Below are positions 17,644 to 25,531 of a stretch of 40,680 nucleotides of DNA, piece by piece. The position numbers and the translations under genes were made by a program. The notes under the pieces are model-generated. The model made no database searches. It saw nothing but the letters and a program-made list of their open reading frames with translations, and was not told the DNA's origin. Source of the DNA: an uncultured Acidobacteriota bacterium (GTDB taxonomy: Bacteria; Acidobacteriota; Terriglobia; UBA7540; JAPUME01); NCBI GenBank assembly GCA_964605715.1, contig CAZSDV010000001.1:12022-52701 (forward strand). Direction: 5' to 3'. Each line of letters starts with the position of its first letter. Position 1 is the stretch's first letter.

Positions 17644-18663
17644 ATGAAACGATTTAGGATATGTGGTTCTCTTTTTTTGAGCTTGCTATTTTTTCCTGTA
17701 CAGGATGGGTTTCGCGCTCAAGGTGTACCCCAGGAGAATCCTGAAGAGCCCTTTTTTCTTCGTGAGCAGGTAGGGTTGGTAATTGTGCCAGTTACAGCTA
17801 AGGATCGTGCTGGAAATCTGGTAGAAGACCTTACAAAAGACAACTTCCAGGTTTTTGAGGATGGGAAGAAGCGGGAAATTCGCCTTTTTTCCACCGCAAC
17901 CAATCCCCTTTCGGCTGTAATTCTTCTTGATGGTGAAATGCCCCAAAAATATATGCAGTTAGTTGAAAAGACGCTAGCCTCTCTCAGTAATTCGTTCGAC
18001 CCTAATGATGAGCAAGCTCTTTACCTGTTTGATCGTACCGTCCGCCGCTTACAGCCATTTACCCAAGATCCGGAAATCTTGTTTCGAGCTACGTTAAAGA
18101 AGTTTCCTAAGGGCAGGCGTCCTGGCTTCATGGGGTCACCCTTGGCGGGTATTTCAGTTATCGGGGGACAGCCGATTGATCCTACCCAAGGAATAAAGCT
18201 TCCGGAGAAGCCACCGGGCAGGCGGCTTCACGATGCCATGTTTGTTGCGGCTCGTGATCTTGAATCTCGGTCGCGGGGCCGACGCCGGATGGTGCTAATA
18301 ATTTCTGACGGAAGATACGCTTCGGGTAATCGGTTGAAATACAAAGATGCTTTGGACGCTCTAGTACGGGCCGACGTTTCTGTGTATGCGATCCATTTTA
18401 ATAAGCGGTGGGTGTGGAAGCGGTTTGATTTGCTGTCACGTTATGTACGGGATACAGGAGGAGATATCTTCGCAGCCACCCGCCTGCGCACGCTTGATCC
18501 GCTTTACTCGCGGATTGCGGACCAGGTCCGCGGCCAGTATATCTTGGGGTTCTCACCGGCCGCTTCCGATGGGGAACTACACACTATTCAGGTTCATGTT
18601 AATCGCCCACAAATAAAATTAAATGCACGAAGCAGTTACTTTTCCCCTGTTGTGAAACCCTAG
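17644..18663 (+). CDS. VWA domain protein, acidobacterial VWFA-related family (exported)
   Basis: Signal peptide from MKRF; V.VPVTAKD..G..V.DLTKDNFQVFEDG, LHDA, LIISDG, TGG and QYILGFSP. Start moved from TTG 17605 to ATG 17644 because the former overlaps the promoter. Confidence 0.88.
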   Translation: MKRFRICGSLFLSLLFFPVQDGFRAQGVPQENPEEPFFLREQVGLVIVPVTAKDRAGNLVEDLTKDNFQVFEDGKKREIRLFSTATNPLSAVILLDGEMPQKYMQLVEKTLASLSNSFDPNDEQALYLFDRTVRRLQPFTQDPEILFRATLKKFPKGRRPGFMGSPLAGISVIGGQPIDPTQGIKLPEKPPGRRLHDAMFVAARDLESRSRGRRRMVLIISDGRYASGNRLKYKDALDALVRADVSVYAIHFNKRWVWKRFDLLSRYVRDTGGDIFAATRLRTLDPLYSRIADQVRGQYILGFSPAASDGELHTIQVHVNRPQIKLNARSSYFSPVVKP

Positions 18664-18729
18664 TGTTTCCTGAGCGCGCCGATGGGAAAACCAAAACAAA
18701 AATAGGAAATTATTTTTCGGTTTTTTTTC

Positions 18730-18760
18730 TTGACAAGGTTTGGCACAGTCACTATACAAT
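18730..18760 (+). promoter_or_regulatory. Strong sigma70-like promoter with upstream A/T tracts and no annotated downstream gene
   Basis: TTGACA at 18730-18735, then TATACA (17 nt spacer) overlapping TACAAT (19 nt spacer); A/T tracts at about 18687-18728. Confidence 0.65.
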
Positions 18761-18902
18761 CCACTATGTTGTTGTACGCTATGCATGAGTGTAGTGTGTT
18801 TTGGGAAATTTAAGAGGAGAGTTAAACAGCAACGAAGAAACGCGCAGCCAAGAACAGCACGAGCAAGAAACAATAATAAGTTAGTCTGAATACGCAAAAA
18901 TG

Positions 18903-18945
18903 AAAACCCAAGAGGATAGACAGCAGGCTTCCTCTTGGGTTTTTT
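18903..18945. terminator. Intrinsic terminator, probably bidirectional
   Basis: 14-bp perfect stem AAAACCCAAGAGGA / TCCTCTTGGGTTTT with a 13-nt loop and a T6 run, lying between convergent units. Confidence 0.85.
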
Positions 18946-19001
18946 CTAGCGCTCCCTTTTGCCTCCTCTAGTCTTTACTTGGAAGAGTGATCTAAGGAAC
19001 A

Positions 19002-21038
19002 TTACCCTTTGGCCTTACTAAGGGGGATACTTACCAGAACCCATGTAATGGCGCTGAGCGCCACTAAAGAAAGCCATCCACCTAAGTGTTGACTCACGAA
19101 ATCGAATTCTCCAACACCGAAAAGGAATCCTGTCAACGACTTCGGTTCGCTTTTCATGGCTAATACCATGGCAGCCAAAAAGACCCCCATTAACGCTTCC
19201 CCTGCGATCAACCCCGAAGCTAGGAGCGTACCCTTGTTTTCTACCTGTGAGGCTTTCGCCCCTTGCTGATGTTTCCTTTGAGCCAACAAGCTAGTAATTG
19301 CTTTAAGGATTCCACCCAAAAAAATTGCTGCAGTTGTCTCAAATGGTAAATACATTCCAACGGCGATTAACATGGGTGAGGGGGATTGAATTAGGATCAG
19401 GGCTATAGATAAAAACATTCCGAAGAAAATTAAACCCCAAGGCATATCCCCACCCACGATTCCTTGAGATAGCTGTGCCATCAATCCTGCTTGGGGGGCA
19501 GGAAGCTCCTTGTCTCCAATACCAATACCCCCACTAGCAAGATTTGCCTTGTGTAAAAGCATTATCGGAACTACGAGAACAAAGGAAATCACAATAGTAG
19601 ATATAATTTCGGCCACTTCCATCTTCCAGGGGGTTCCCCCTAAAAGATGACCCACCTTTAAGTCCTGTATCATGTCTCCGGCAACAGCGCAGGAACAACA
19701 TACGACCGATGCTACCCCAAGAACAGCGATCACGCCGGTTGCCCCTGTAACTCCCATACTCACCATTAGTAAGGCAGCAATTACAAGGGTTGTGATTGTT
19801 AAGCCCGAGACCGGCTGATTTGAGGAACCGATTAATCCCACCAAGTAGCCTCCTACCGTGGATAGGAGAAATCCCATGACCATCATTACTGAGGCGGCCA
19901 GCACGGCACCTTTAACACTGCCGCTAAACTGGTAGTAGAGAATTGACATGGGAATGGTGAGGCCCAAGGTGACAAATGAGATAATTTTCAAGTTTAAGTC
20001 TTTTTCTAGGCGGTTAATCGTGGCCACCGTGCTGGCCTTACGGAAGGCACCCTGGATGGCTGACCGGATCGAACCACGTAGTCCCCAAAGAGTGTTTACT
20101 GCTCCCACCAACATGGCACCCACAGCTATGGGGCGAATTTGGTTGTACCAGATCGAGTAGATGATATCCCCGTCTGTTGCCACCCCACCCTGATGGGATA
20201 GCTGCTCACTGATTTGAGGATTCAAGAAAAGGGCGAGAGGAATGAACACTAACCAAGCCAGCACACCTCCAGAAAAGGCAATCGATGAGAGTCTTGGCCC
20301 GACAATATATCCCACTGCGATAAGAGCTGGTGAGATGGCGGGAGTGGAAAAAGCAAGCGCGCCGGAATGTGAGATGGTCCCCAAAGGGCTGCGGTCGCTC
20401 GCGAAGTGGCGAATTACTGACTGAGGAAATTGGACCACAACCTCCACGCTTTCCCGGAACAACCTTAACCCAGCGGAGTGTTTAGTAATCTGAAGTAGCA
20501 TGCCCAGCCCCATTGCTCCGAAGACATATTTAGCACCTGTTTCACCTCTCTGTCCTGCTTTTACAATTTCCGAGCAGGCTCTGCTTTCAGGGAAAGGAAG
20601 TTTTGCATCCACAACAAGCGTCCGACGTAGCAAGATGATAAACATCACGCCAAGCCCGCCCCCGATCAACAAGATGAGCGACGATTCCCAATAATGGAAA
20701 TTTTCCCATAATGGCCGACCTTCGACTTCCGCCATGACAAAGGCAGGCAGCGTGAAGATCGCTCCTGCCACCAGAGCTTCGCCCACGGAAGCTGTAGTTC
20801 GGGCGATATTCTGTTCCAAAGTTGTCCCTCGGAAAAAGGGGAGCCGAAAGGCGGCCATGGCAATGACAGCCGCTGGAAATGTGGCGGCCACGGTCATCCC
20901 GGCTTTGAGTCCTAGGTAGGCATTGGCTGAGCCCAATACCATTGCCATGATTAGCCCCAGAAACAAGGCCTTCAATGTTAGCTCCCGCATTGAGGTTTCA
21001 GCAGGCACGTAGGGTTTATCGGGAAGATTTGAATCCAT
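19002..21038 (-). CDS. Oligopeptide transporter, OPT family
   Basis: ELTLKA, ANAYLGLKAGMTV, AGAIFTLPA, LPFPE..AC, IGSSNQPVSG, QDLKVGHLLG.TP, LPAPQA, AVGMYLP and ASGLIAGE. Confidence 0.95.
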   Translation of the reverse strand: MDSNLPDKPYVPAETSMRELTLKALFLGLIMAMVLGSANAYLGLKAGMTVAATFPAAVIAMAAFRLPFFRGTTLEQNIARTTASVGEALVAGAIFTLPAFVMAEVEGRPLWENFHYWESSLILLIGGGLGVMFIILLRRTLVVDAKLPFPESRACSEIVKAGQRGETGAKYVFGAMGLGMLLQITKHSAGLRLFRESVEVVVQFPQSVIRHFASDRSPLGTISHSGALAFSTPAISPALIAVGYIVGPRLSSIAFSGGVLAWLVFIPLALFLNPQISEQLSHQGGVATDGDIIYSIWYNQIRPIAVGAMLVGAVNTLWGLRGSIRSAIQGAFRKASTVATINRLEKDLNLKIISFVTLGLTIPMSILYYQFSGSVKGAVLAASVMMVMGFLLSTVGGYLVGLIGSSNQPVSGLTITTLVIAALLMVSMGVTGATGVIAVLGVASVVCCSCAVAGDMIQDLKVGHLLGGTPWKMEVAEIISTIVISFVLVVPIMLLHKANLASGGIGIGDKELPAPQAGLMAQLSQGIVGGDMPWGLIFFGMFLSIALILIQSPSPMLIAVGMYLPFETTAAIFLGGILKAITSLLAQRKHQQGAKASQVENKGTLLASGLIAGEALMGVFLAAMVLAMKSEPKSLTGFLFGVGEFDFVSQHLGGWLSLVALSAITWVLVSIPLSKAKG

Positions 21039-21212
21039 CAGTTCTTGCCTCGCGATGATTAAGTATTAACTGATTGTGGACAGGCTTTTTCACCTCACAA
21101 TGAGGGAAAGTATAGTTATAGACTCAGGATTTCCGGAGAACTTTTTTGGATTTCTCGAATGGAGCAAGCTGGAAAGGCGGAACATTCCACAGCCGGAATG
21201 CGCCTGCTTTCC

Positions 21213-22076
21213 CTAAAGCCCCAAGGCTTTTCGGGTTTTCTTGAGTTGCTCTACTCGATCAGTAGCCACTTGATCGATAACTGTGCCTGGAGCAAGCTGG
21301 GAGGCCTTCTCGTAGGCCCCAATGGCTTTTTCGTAGTCAATCTCCCTCGGGCCAGTAAAGTGGGTGTAAGCTTCTCCCAGACGGAAAAAGTCTTGTGGGA
21401 AGGGAGAGCTCGTTAAGCTGATGGCAAGCTCGAACGACTTTTGTGACTCCTTTGGCATACGTCTGTGGAGATACACTAAGCCCAGAGCTGAGTGACACAG
21501 TTGCCGGAACTCGTTTTTAATTTCCTCAAACACTTCTGGCGTACTTTCGGCAGGTTGAGGAAGATCATCTATCATTTTCAGGCCATGCTTAGCATATCGA
21601 GCTGAACGGCTCAATTTTTGGGCTTGCTCCAATCCGCTCCCTTCGAGCCTTTTTGGAAGCGTGTGTGCCACTATGGATAGGGCAGTTACATTATCTGGGT
21701 CCAGAACTAGACATTTCTCTCCGTATTCCACAACCTTGCCATAGTTGTTTTTGTCTCGATAGGCCTGCGCTAGTGCCGAATACATTAAGTGAATGAGCTG
21801 ACTTTCTGGCCACTCCAGAAGAAACTGCTCTCCTAATCTAATTCTCAAGTCAGAGTCCGGTTCGCCAAAAGCAGCCCGAAAATCCTCCTGTTGCTCGGGA
21901 GACGCCACTGCCGTGGGCAGCCCCTGTGTTTCCTCAGGTTCTTGAGAGGGAGAAGCTGAATCCGCTGTAGATCCTTTTTGCGGTTCCGATTGCTTTGTCT
22001 GTTCCTGGGCAGCCCAGGTGATTATACTGACCGTAGCTACGGTCAAAGATAAGATAGTGATCCTGCCTAATCCCAC
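21213..22076 (-). CDS. Exported tetratricopeptide repeat protein
   Basis: AGGAGG SD and GTG start, signal peptide, TPR-like helices (YGEKCLVLDPDN, LGLVYLH, RLGEAY, AYEKASQLAP). Confidence 0.8.
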   Translation of the reverse strand: MGLGRITILSLTVATVSIITWAAQEQTKQSEPQKGSTADSASPSQEPEETQGLPTAVASPEQQEDFRAAFGEPDSDLRIRLGEQFLLEWPESQLIHLMYSALAQAYRDKNNYGKVVEYGEKCLVLDPDNVTALSIVAHTLPKRLEGSGLEQAQKLSRSARYAKHGLKMIDDLPQPAESTPEVFEEIKNEFRQLCHSALGLVYLHRRMPKESQKSFELAISLTSSPFPQDFFRLGEAYTHFTGPREIDYEKAIGAYEKASQLAPGTVIDQVATDRVEQLKKTRKALGL

Positions 22077-22107
22077 GCTATCCTCCTAACCCTTTTTTCT
22101 CCTCGAA

Positions 22108-22136
22108 ACACTAATACGAAATAGCTTGCCTGTCAA
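22108..22136 (-). promoter_or_regulatory. Putative sigma70 promoter of the TPR gene
   Basis: Minus strand reads TTGACA-17 nt-TAGTGT, upstream of the AGGAGG SD. Confidence 0.65.
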
Positions 22137-22302
22137 ACTTTCTCTCCTCAAGAAAATAAAGTTTTCTTAAGGGAAGGTTCTCTCTGGGAAGTGTAAATCT
22201 AGTTAGTGAACTTAGGATGCGCTAGGGCTTTAGGTTACGGCAGAAAATTTATTTCTTTGGGTGAAAGATTTTGGGCCTCATGTTGCCAATGAATTGCGAC
22301 TC

Positions 22303-22331
22303 TTGCGGGGAATGCGTAAAACCTATACCCT
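22303..22331 (+). promoter_or_regulatory. Putative sigma70 promoter of thiI (leaderless geometry)
   Basis: TTGCGG-17 nt-TACCCT, 7 nt before the ATG at 22339. Confidence 0.5.
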
Positions 22332-22338
22332 TAGATTC

Positions 22339-23658
22339 ATGCGACCAGAGGTCACAGGGTCGGAGTTTGTTGTGCATTACCACGAGCTCTGGCTGAAGGG
22401 GAAAAATCGGAACTTCTTCCGCACGCGTCTAGTGGACAATGTGCGCCGGGCCTTGGGAGACATGGAAGTCCTTAAGATCCGGTCCGTTGCTCAACGCCTA
22501 GTGCTGAGCTTAGGAGAGGGTACTGACCTGGGACAGGTAGCTGAACGGCTGCGTCGCGTAATGGGTATTGCTTACTTTGCCTCGGTTCACCGTAGCTCAA
22601 CCAAGGTTGAATTAATCCGGCGCCAAGCTTGGGAGGTGCTAGCTAGGAAAAAATTTTCGAGTTTCGCAGTGCGTGCCAAAACTGCAGGATCTAAATTTCC
22701 GATGAAGTCCATGGAGTTAGAACGTGATCTAGGAGCGGTAATTCTCAACCATCTTAGCCGAGAGGGGCGGGGGGAAGTTAAGGTTAACCTCTCCAGTCCG
22801 GAAATCACCTGCCGAGTGGAGATAATCCCTGGAGGAGCCTTGATTTATACTGAGCGCATCGAAGGATGTGGCGGTTTGCCGGCAGCTACCGGAGGGCGGC
22901 TTCTCTGTCTCCTTTCGGGTGGATTTGATTCTGCCGTCGCTGCCTACAAGATGATGCGGCGTGGGGTTCATTTGAGCTTTGTCCATTTCTATGGGGTGCC
23001 CTCCCGGCCAGGAGAGTCCTCGGTGCCTGTAGCAACTGATATCGTTAGCCAGCTTACTCATTACCAGTACAGCTCAAAGCTACTGCTCATTCCATTCGAA
23101 GCCATTCAGCGTGAGATAATGACCAACGCTCCCGAAAAATTTCGCATCTTGCTCTATCGAAGAATGATGTTCCGCATCGCACAGGAAGCTTTACGTAGTG
23201 AACGCGCCCTGGGATTAGTTACTGGCGACAGCGTCGGCCAAGTGGCCTCCCAGACAATCCAAAATCTGGCTGCTGTTGATTCGGCAGTCAAATGCACAAT
23301 TTATCGGCCTCTTTCCGGAGATGACAAGCTAGATATTTTGGAGACGGCTCGTCGAATCGGGACCTACCAGATCTCCTGTGAACCTTTTCACGACTGTTGC
23401 CCTCGCTATATGCCGCGTGCTCCTGCCCTTCATGCAACCACAGAAGAGCTAGACTATGGGGAAAGGGCCCTAGATATTATTGGGCTTGTCCAGAGTGGCT
23501 TGAGCGTGGCTGAAGGAATTGCTCTGAAATTCGACTGTGGGCAAGTGGAAAAGAAACCTTTTTTTCCGCGTATTCCTATTGAGTGTGAAGTGCAATCTAA
23601 TCAAGCGAAGTATACTTTTAAGCCTAACCTTAAAGAGAAGCGTAGCGCTAGCCCTTAA
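22339..23658 (+). CDS. thiI: tRNA 4-thiouridine(8) synthase ThiI (THUMP + PP-loop, no rhodanese domain)
   Basis: HYHELWLKGKNR, THUMP region, GGLP, LLSGGFDS (PP-loop), YRRMM, TGDSVGQVASQT, RPL and DCC. Start placed at ATG 22339, close to the conserved N-terminus. Confidence 0.95.
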   Translation: MRPEVTGSEFVVHYHELWLKGKNRNFFRTRLVDNVRRALGDMEVLKIRSVAQRLVLSLGEGTDLGQVAERLRRVMGIAYFASVHRSSTKVELIRRQAWEVLARKKFSSFAVRAKTAGSKFPMKSMELERDLGAVILNHLSREGRGEVKVNLSSPEITCRVEIIPGGALIYTERIEGCGGLPAATGGRLLCLLSGGFDSAVAAYKMMRRGVHLSFVHFYGVPSRPGESSVPVATDIVSQLTHYQYSSKLLLIPFEAIQREIMTNAPEKFRILLYRRMMFRIAQEALRSERALGLVTGDSVGQVASQTIQNLAAVDSAVKCTIYRPLSGDDKLDILETARRIGTYQISCEPFHDCCPRYMPRAPALHATTEELDYGERALDIIGLVQSGLSVAEGIALKFDCGQVEKKPFFPRIPIECEVQSNQAKYTFKPNLKEKRSASP

Positions 23659-23771
23659 TCTTGTAAAAGCAGTTCGAAACCCAAAGGAGAAATCTCAAAC
23701 TTTACGTGAATCTATCAAACTTAAATACACCTTGTTCTGGCTTTCTTGTATCTTTTTTTAAAAAAAATAGA

Positions 23772-25457
23772 ATGCTCAATTTGTTTCCCACCTTACTGTG
23801 TTTTTTGTTCTCTGTTGGTCTAGCAGCTCAAGCTGAAGACGATATTGTATTGAAGGCCATGAACCAGGAGATTTCTCGTTCGATGAAGGGATTTGCAAAG
23901 CGAGCTAAACCCAGCCCTTACTTCATAGGTTACCAGATCACTGACTCTCGAAGTGGAGTCATTCAAGCGGTTAATGGCGCGGTTCAGAGCAGCACGGAAA
24001 CCCGCGGCCGGTTGCTCAATGCCACCGTGCGAGTTGGGGATTATCAGCTGGACAACACTCATGGGATACGCGGTGAACCTGGTGCCATGTCACTGTTTCG
24101 CCGCGGTGGCTTCATTCCATTAAGCATCGATGACGATCTTGACTCCCTCCGTGCCTCCCTTTGGGGAGAAACGGACCGCCAGTACAGAATTGCAGTCGAG
24201 GACTTGGAAAAAATCCGTGCCAGCCAAGAGATCAAGGTGGAAGAAGAAAGTATAGTTGGCGACTTCACGCGTGAGGAGTTGCAGGTTAGTCTTAGTTCAC
24301 CTCCTCCTTATTCGATGGATAGAGGTCTGTGGGAGGAACGACTAAAAGATTTCTCGCGCATATTTCTTGAGTATCAACAGATTCTCACCTCGCAAGTGGA
24401 TCTGACGGTCATAACCACAACAAAGTATGTTGTGAATTCGGAAGGGACACAGCTGCGCTTTGGGGAGACGCGGCTACGGTTGGCGCTGTCGGCTTCAACT
24501 CGAGCAGATGATGGCATGAATTTATTTCGCTACGCTGCCTTTCACGCTACCAATTGGAGCCAGATGCCGGCTGACGAAGAGATCCGTAAAGAGGTTCGGA
24601 GATTGGCCTGGGAGTTGACTAAATTGAGAGTTGCACCCGTGAGTGAAGCCTATTCGGGGCCAGCTATTCTTTCCGGCCGTGCGGCTGGAGTTTTTTTCCA
24701 TGAAGTCCTAGGGCATCGCGTGGAGGGGCATCGCCAGCGCGATGAGTTTGAGGGCCAAACCTTTACACAAAAGCTGGGAAAGAAAATCCTACCGAGTTTT
24801 ATCTCTATCCTTGATGATCCAACCCGACCAAGTTTTGAGGGTAAGCCACTGATGGGCCATTTTTTTTATGATGATCAGGGGGTCCCATCCCAATCTGTAA
24901 GTATCGTAGAGGGTGGCGTACTTAGGAACTTTCTCCTTTCGCGCCGGCCGATTGAGGGCTTCTCTAGGTCAAACGGCCACGGCCGACGGCAACCAGGTGG
25001 TGTCGTTACTGCCCGGCAAGGAAACCTGATTGTTAAGGCTTCCAAGCAGATGCAATATAAGGAGCTTCGCAGAAGGTTGCTTTCGATGGTGAGGAGACAG
25101 GAGAAGGAATACGGGCTTCTATTCGAAGATATCGCGGGAGGTTTTACAGAGACGATGCGTTTTGGTCCCCAAACTTTCCAGGTTCTTCCGCTGATGGTCT
25201 ACCGTGTTTTTGCTGATGGTCGCCCGGATCAATTAGTCCGAGGTTTAGGAATTGTCGGTACGCCGCTGACGGTACTAGGAAAGATTGTGGGGGCATCAGA
25301 CCAAGGTAAGATCTTTAATGGTGTCTGTGTAGCTGAGTCGGGAGCGGTGTCGGTTTCAGCAACCTCTCCCGCTCTTTTGATTTCCGAAATTGAAGTGCAG
25401 AAACAACCAAAGGGTTTTGACCGGCCTCCTATGCTTCCTCCTCCGTTAATCCAATGA
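23772..25457 (+). CDS. TldD family metalloprotease with predicted signal peptide
   Basis: YSGPAILS, FFHEVLGHRVEG (HExxxH), DDPT, YDDQG, SNGHGR and the conserved Cys in GVCVAESG; N-terminal hydrophobic stretch ending AQA-EDD. The start could be upstream (GTG 23706). Confidence 0.88.
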   Translation: MLNLFPTLLCFLFSVGLAAQAEDDIVLKAMNQEISRSMKGFAKRAKPSPYFIGYQITDSRSGVIQAVNGAVQSSTETRGRLLNATVRVGDYQLDNTHGIRGEPGAMSLFRRGGFIPLSIDDDLDSLRASLWGETDRQYRIAVEDLEKIRASQEIKVEEESIVGDFTREELQVSLSSPPPYSMDRGLWEERLKDFSRIFLEYQQILTSQVDLTVITTTKYVVNSEGTQLRFGETRLRLALSASTRADDGMNLFRYAAFHATNWSQMPADEEIRKEVRRLAWELTKLRVAPVSEAYSGPAILSGRAAGVFFHEVLGHRVEGHRQRDEFEGQTFTQKLGKKILPSFISILDDPTRPSFEGKPLMGHFFYDDQGVPSQSVSIVEGGVLRNFLLSRRPIEGFSRSNGHGRRQPGGVVTARQGNLIVKASKQMQYKELRRRLLSMVRRQEKEYGLLFEDIAGGFTETMRFGPQTFQVLPLMVYRVFADGRPDQLVRGLGIVGTPLTVLGKIVGASDQGKIFNGVCVAESGAVSVSATSPALLISEIEVQKQPKGFDRPPMLPPPLIQ

Positions 25458-25531
25458 GCGATGTATTGTTGTTGCTCTAGTAGGAGAGGACATATGGGTG
25501 GAAGGTTGTCCTAAATAGGAGATTTTAGCGA

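Noticed and set aside
18619-18897. 92-aa minus-strand ORF
   Set aside because: It is antisense to the promoter-SD-terminator unit, overlaps the VWA 3' end, and its start abuts the terminator.
18760-18945. tmRNA, suggested by the start-less GCA...TAA TAA frame resembling a tag reading frame
   Set aside because: There is no tRNA-like domain (no acceptor stem, T-arm or CCA end), the unit is too short, and the peptide ends KKQ rather than in a hydrophobic/Ala-Ala tail.
23753-23767. T7-A8 tract before tldD as a phase-variation site
   Set aside because: The tracts are short and lie upstream of the preferred ATG in AT-rich sequence.
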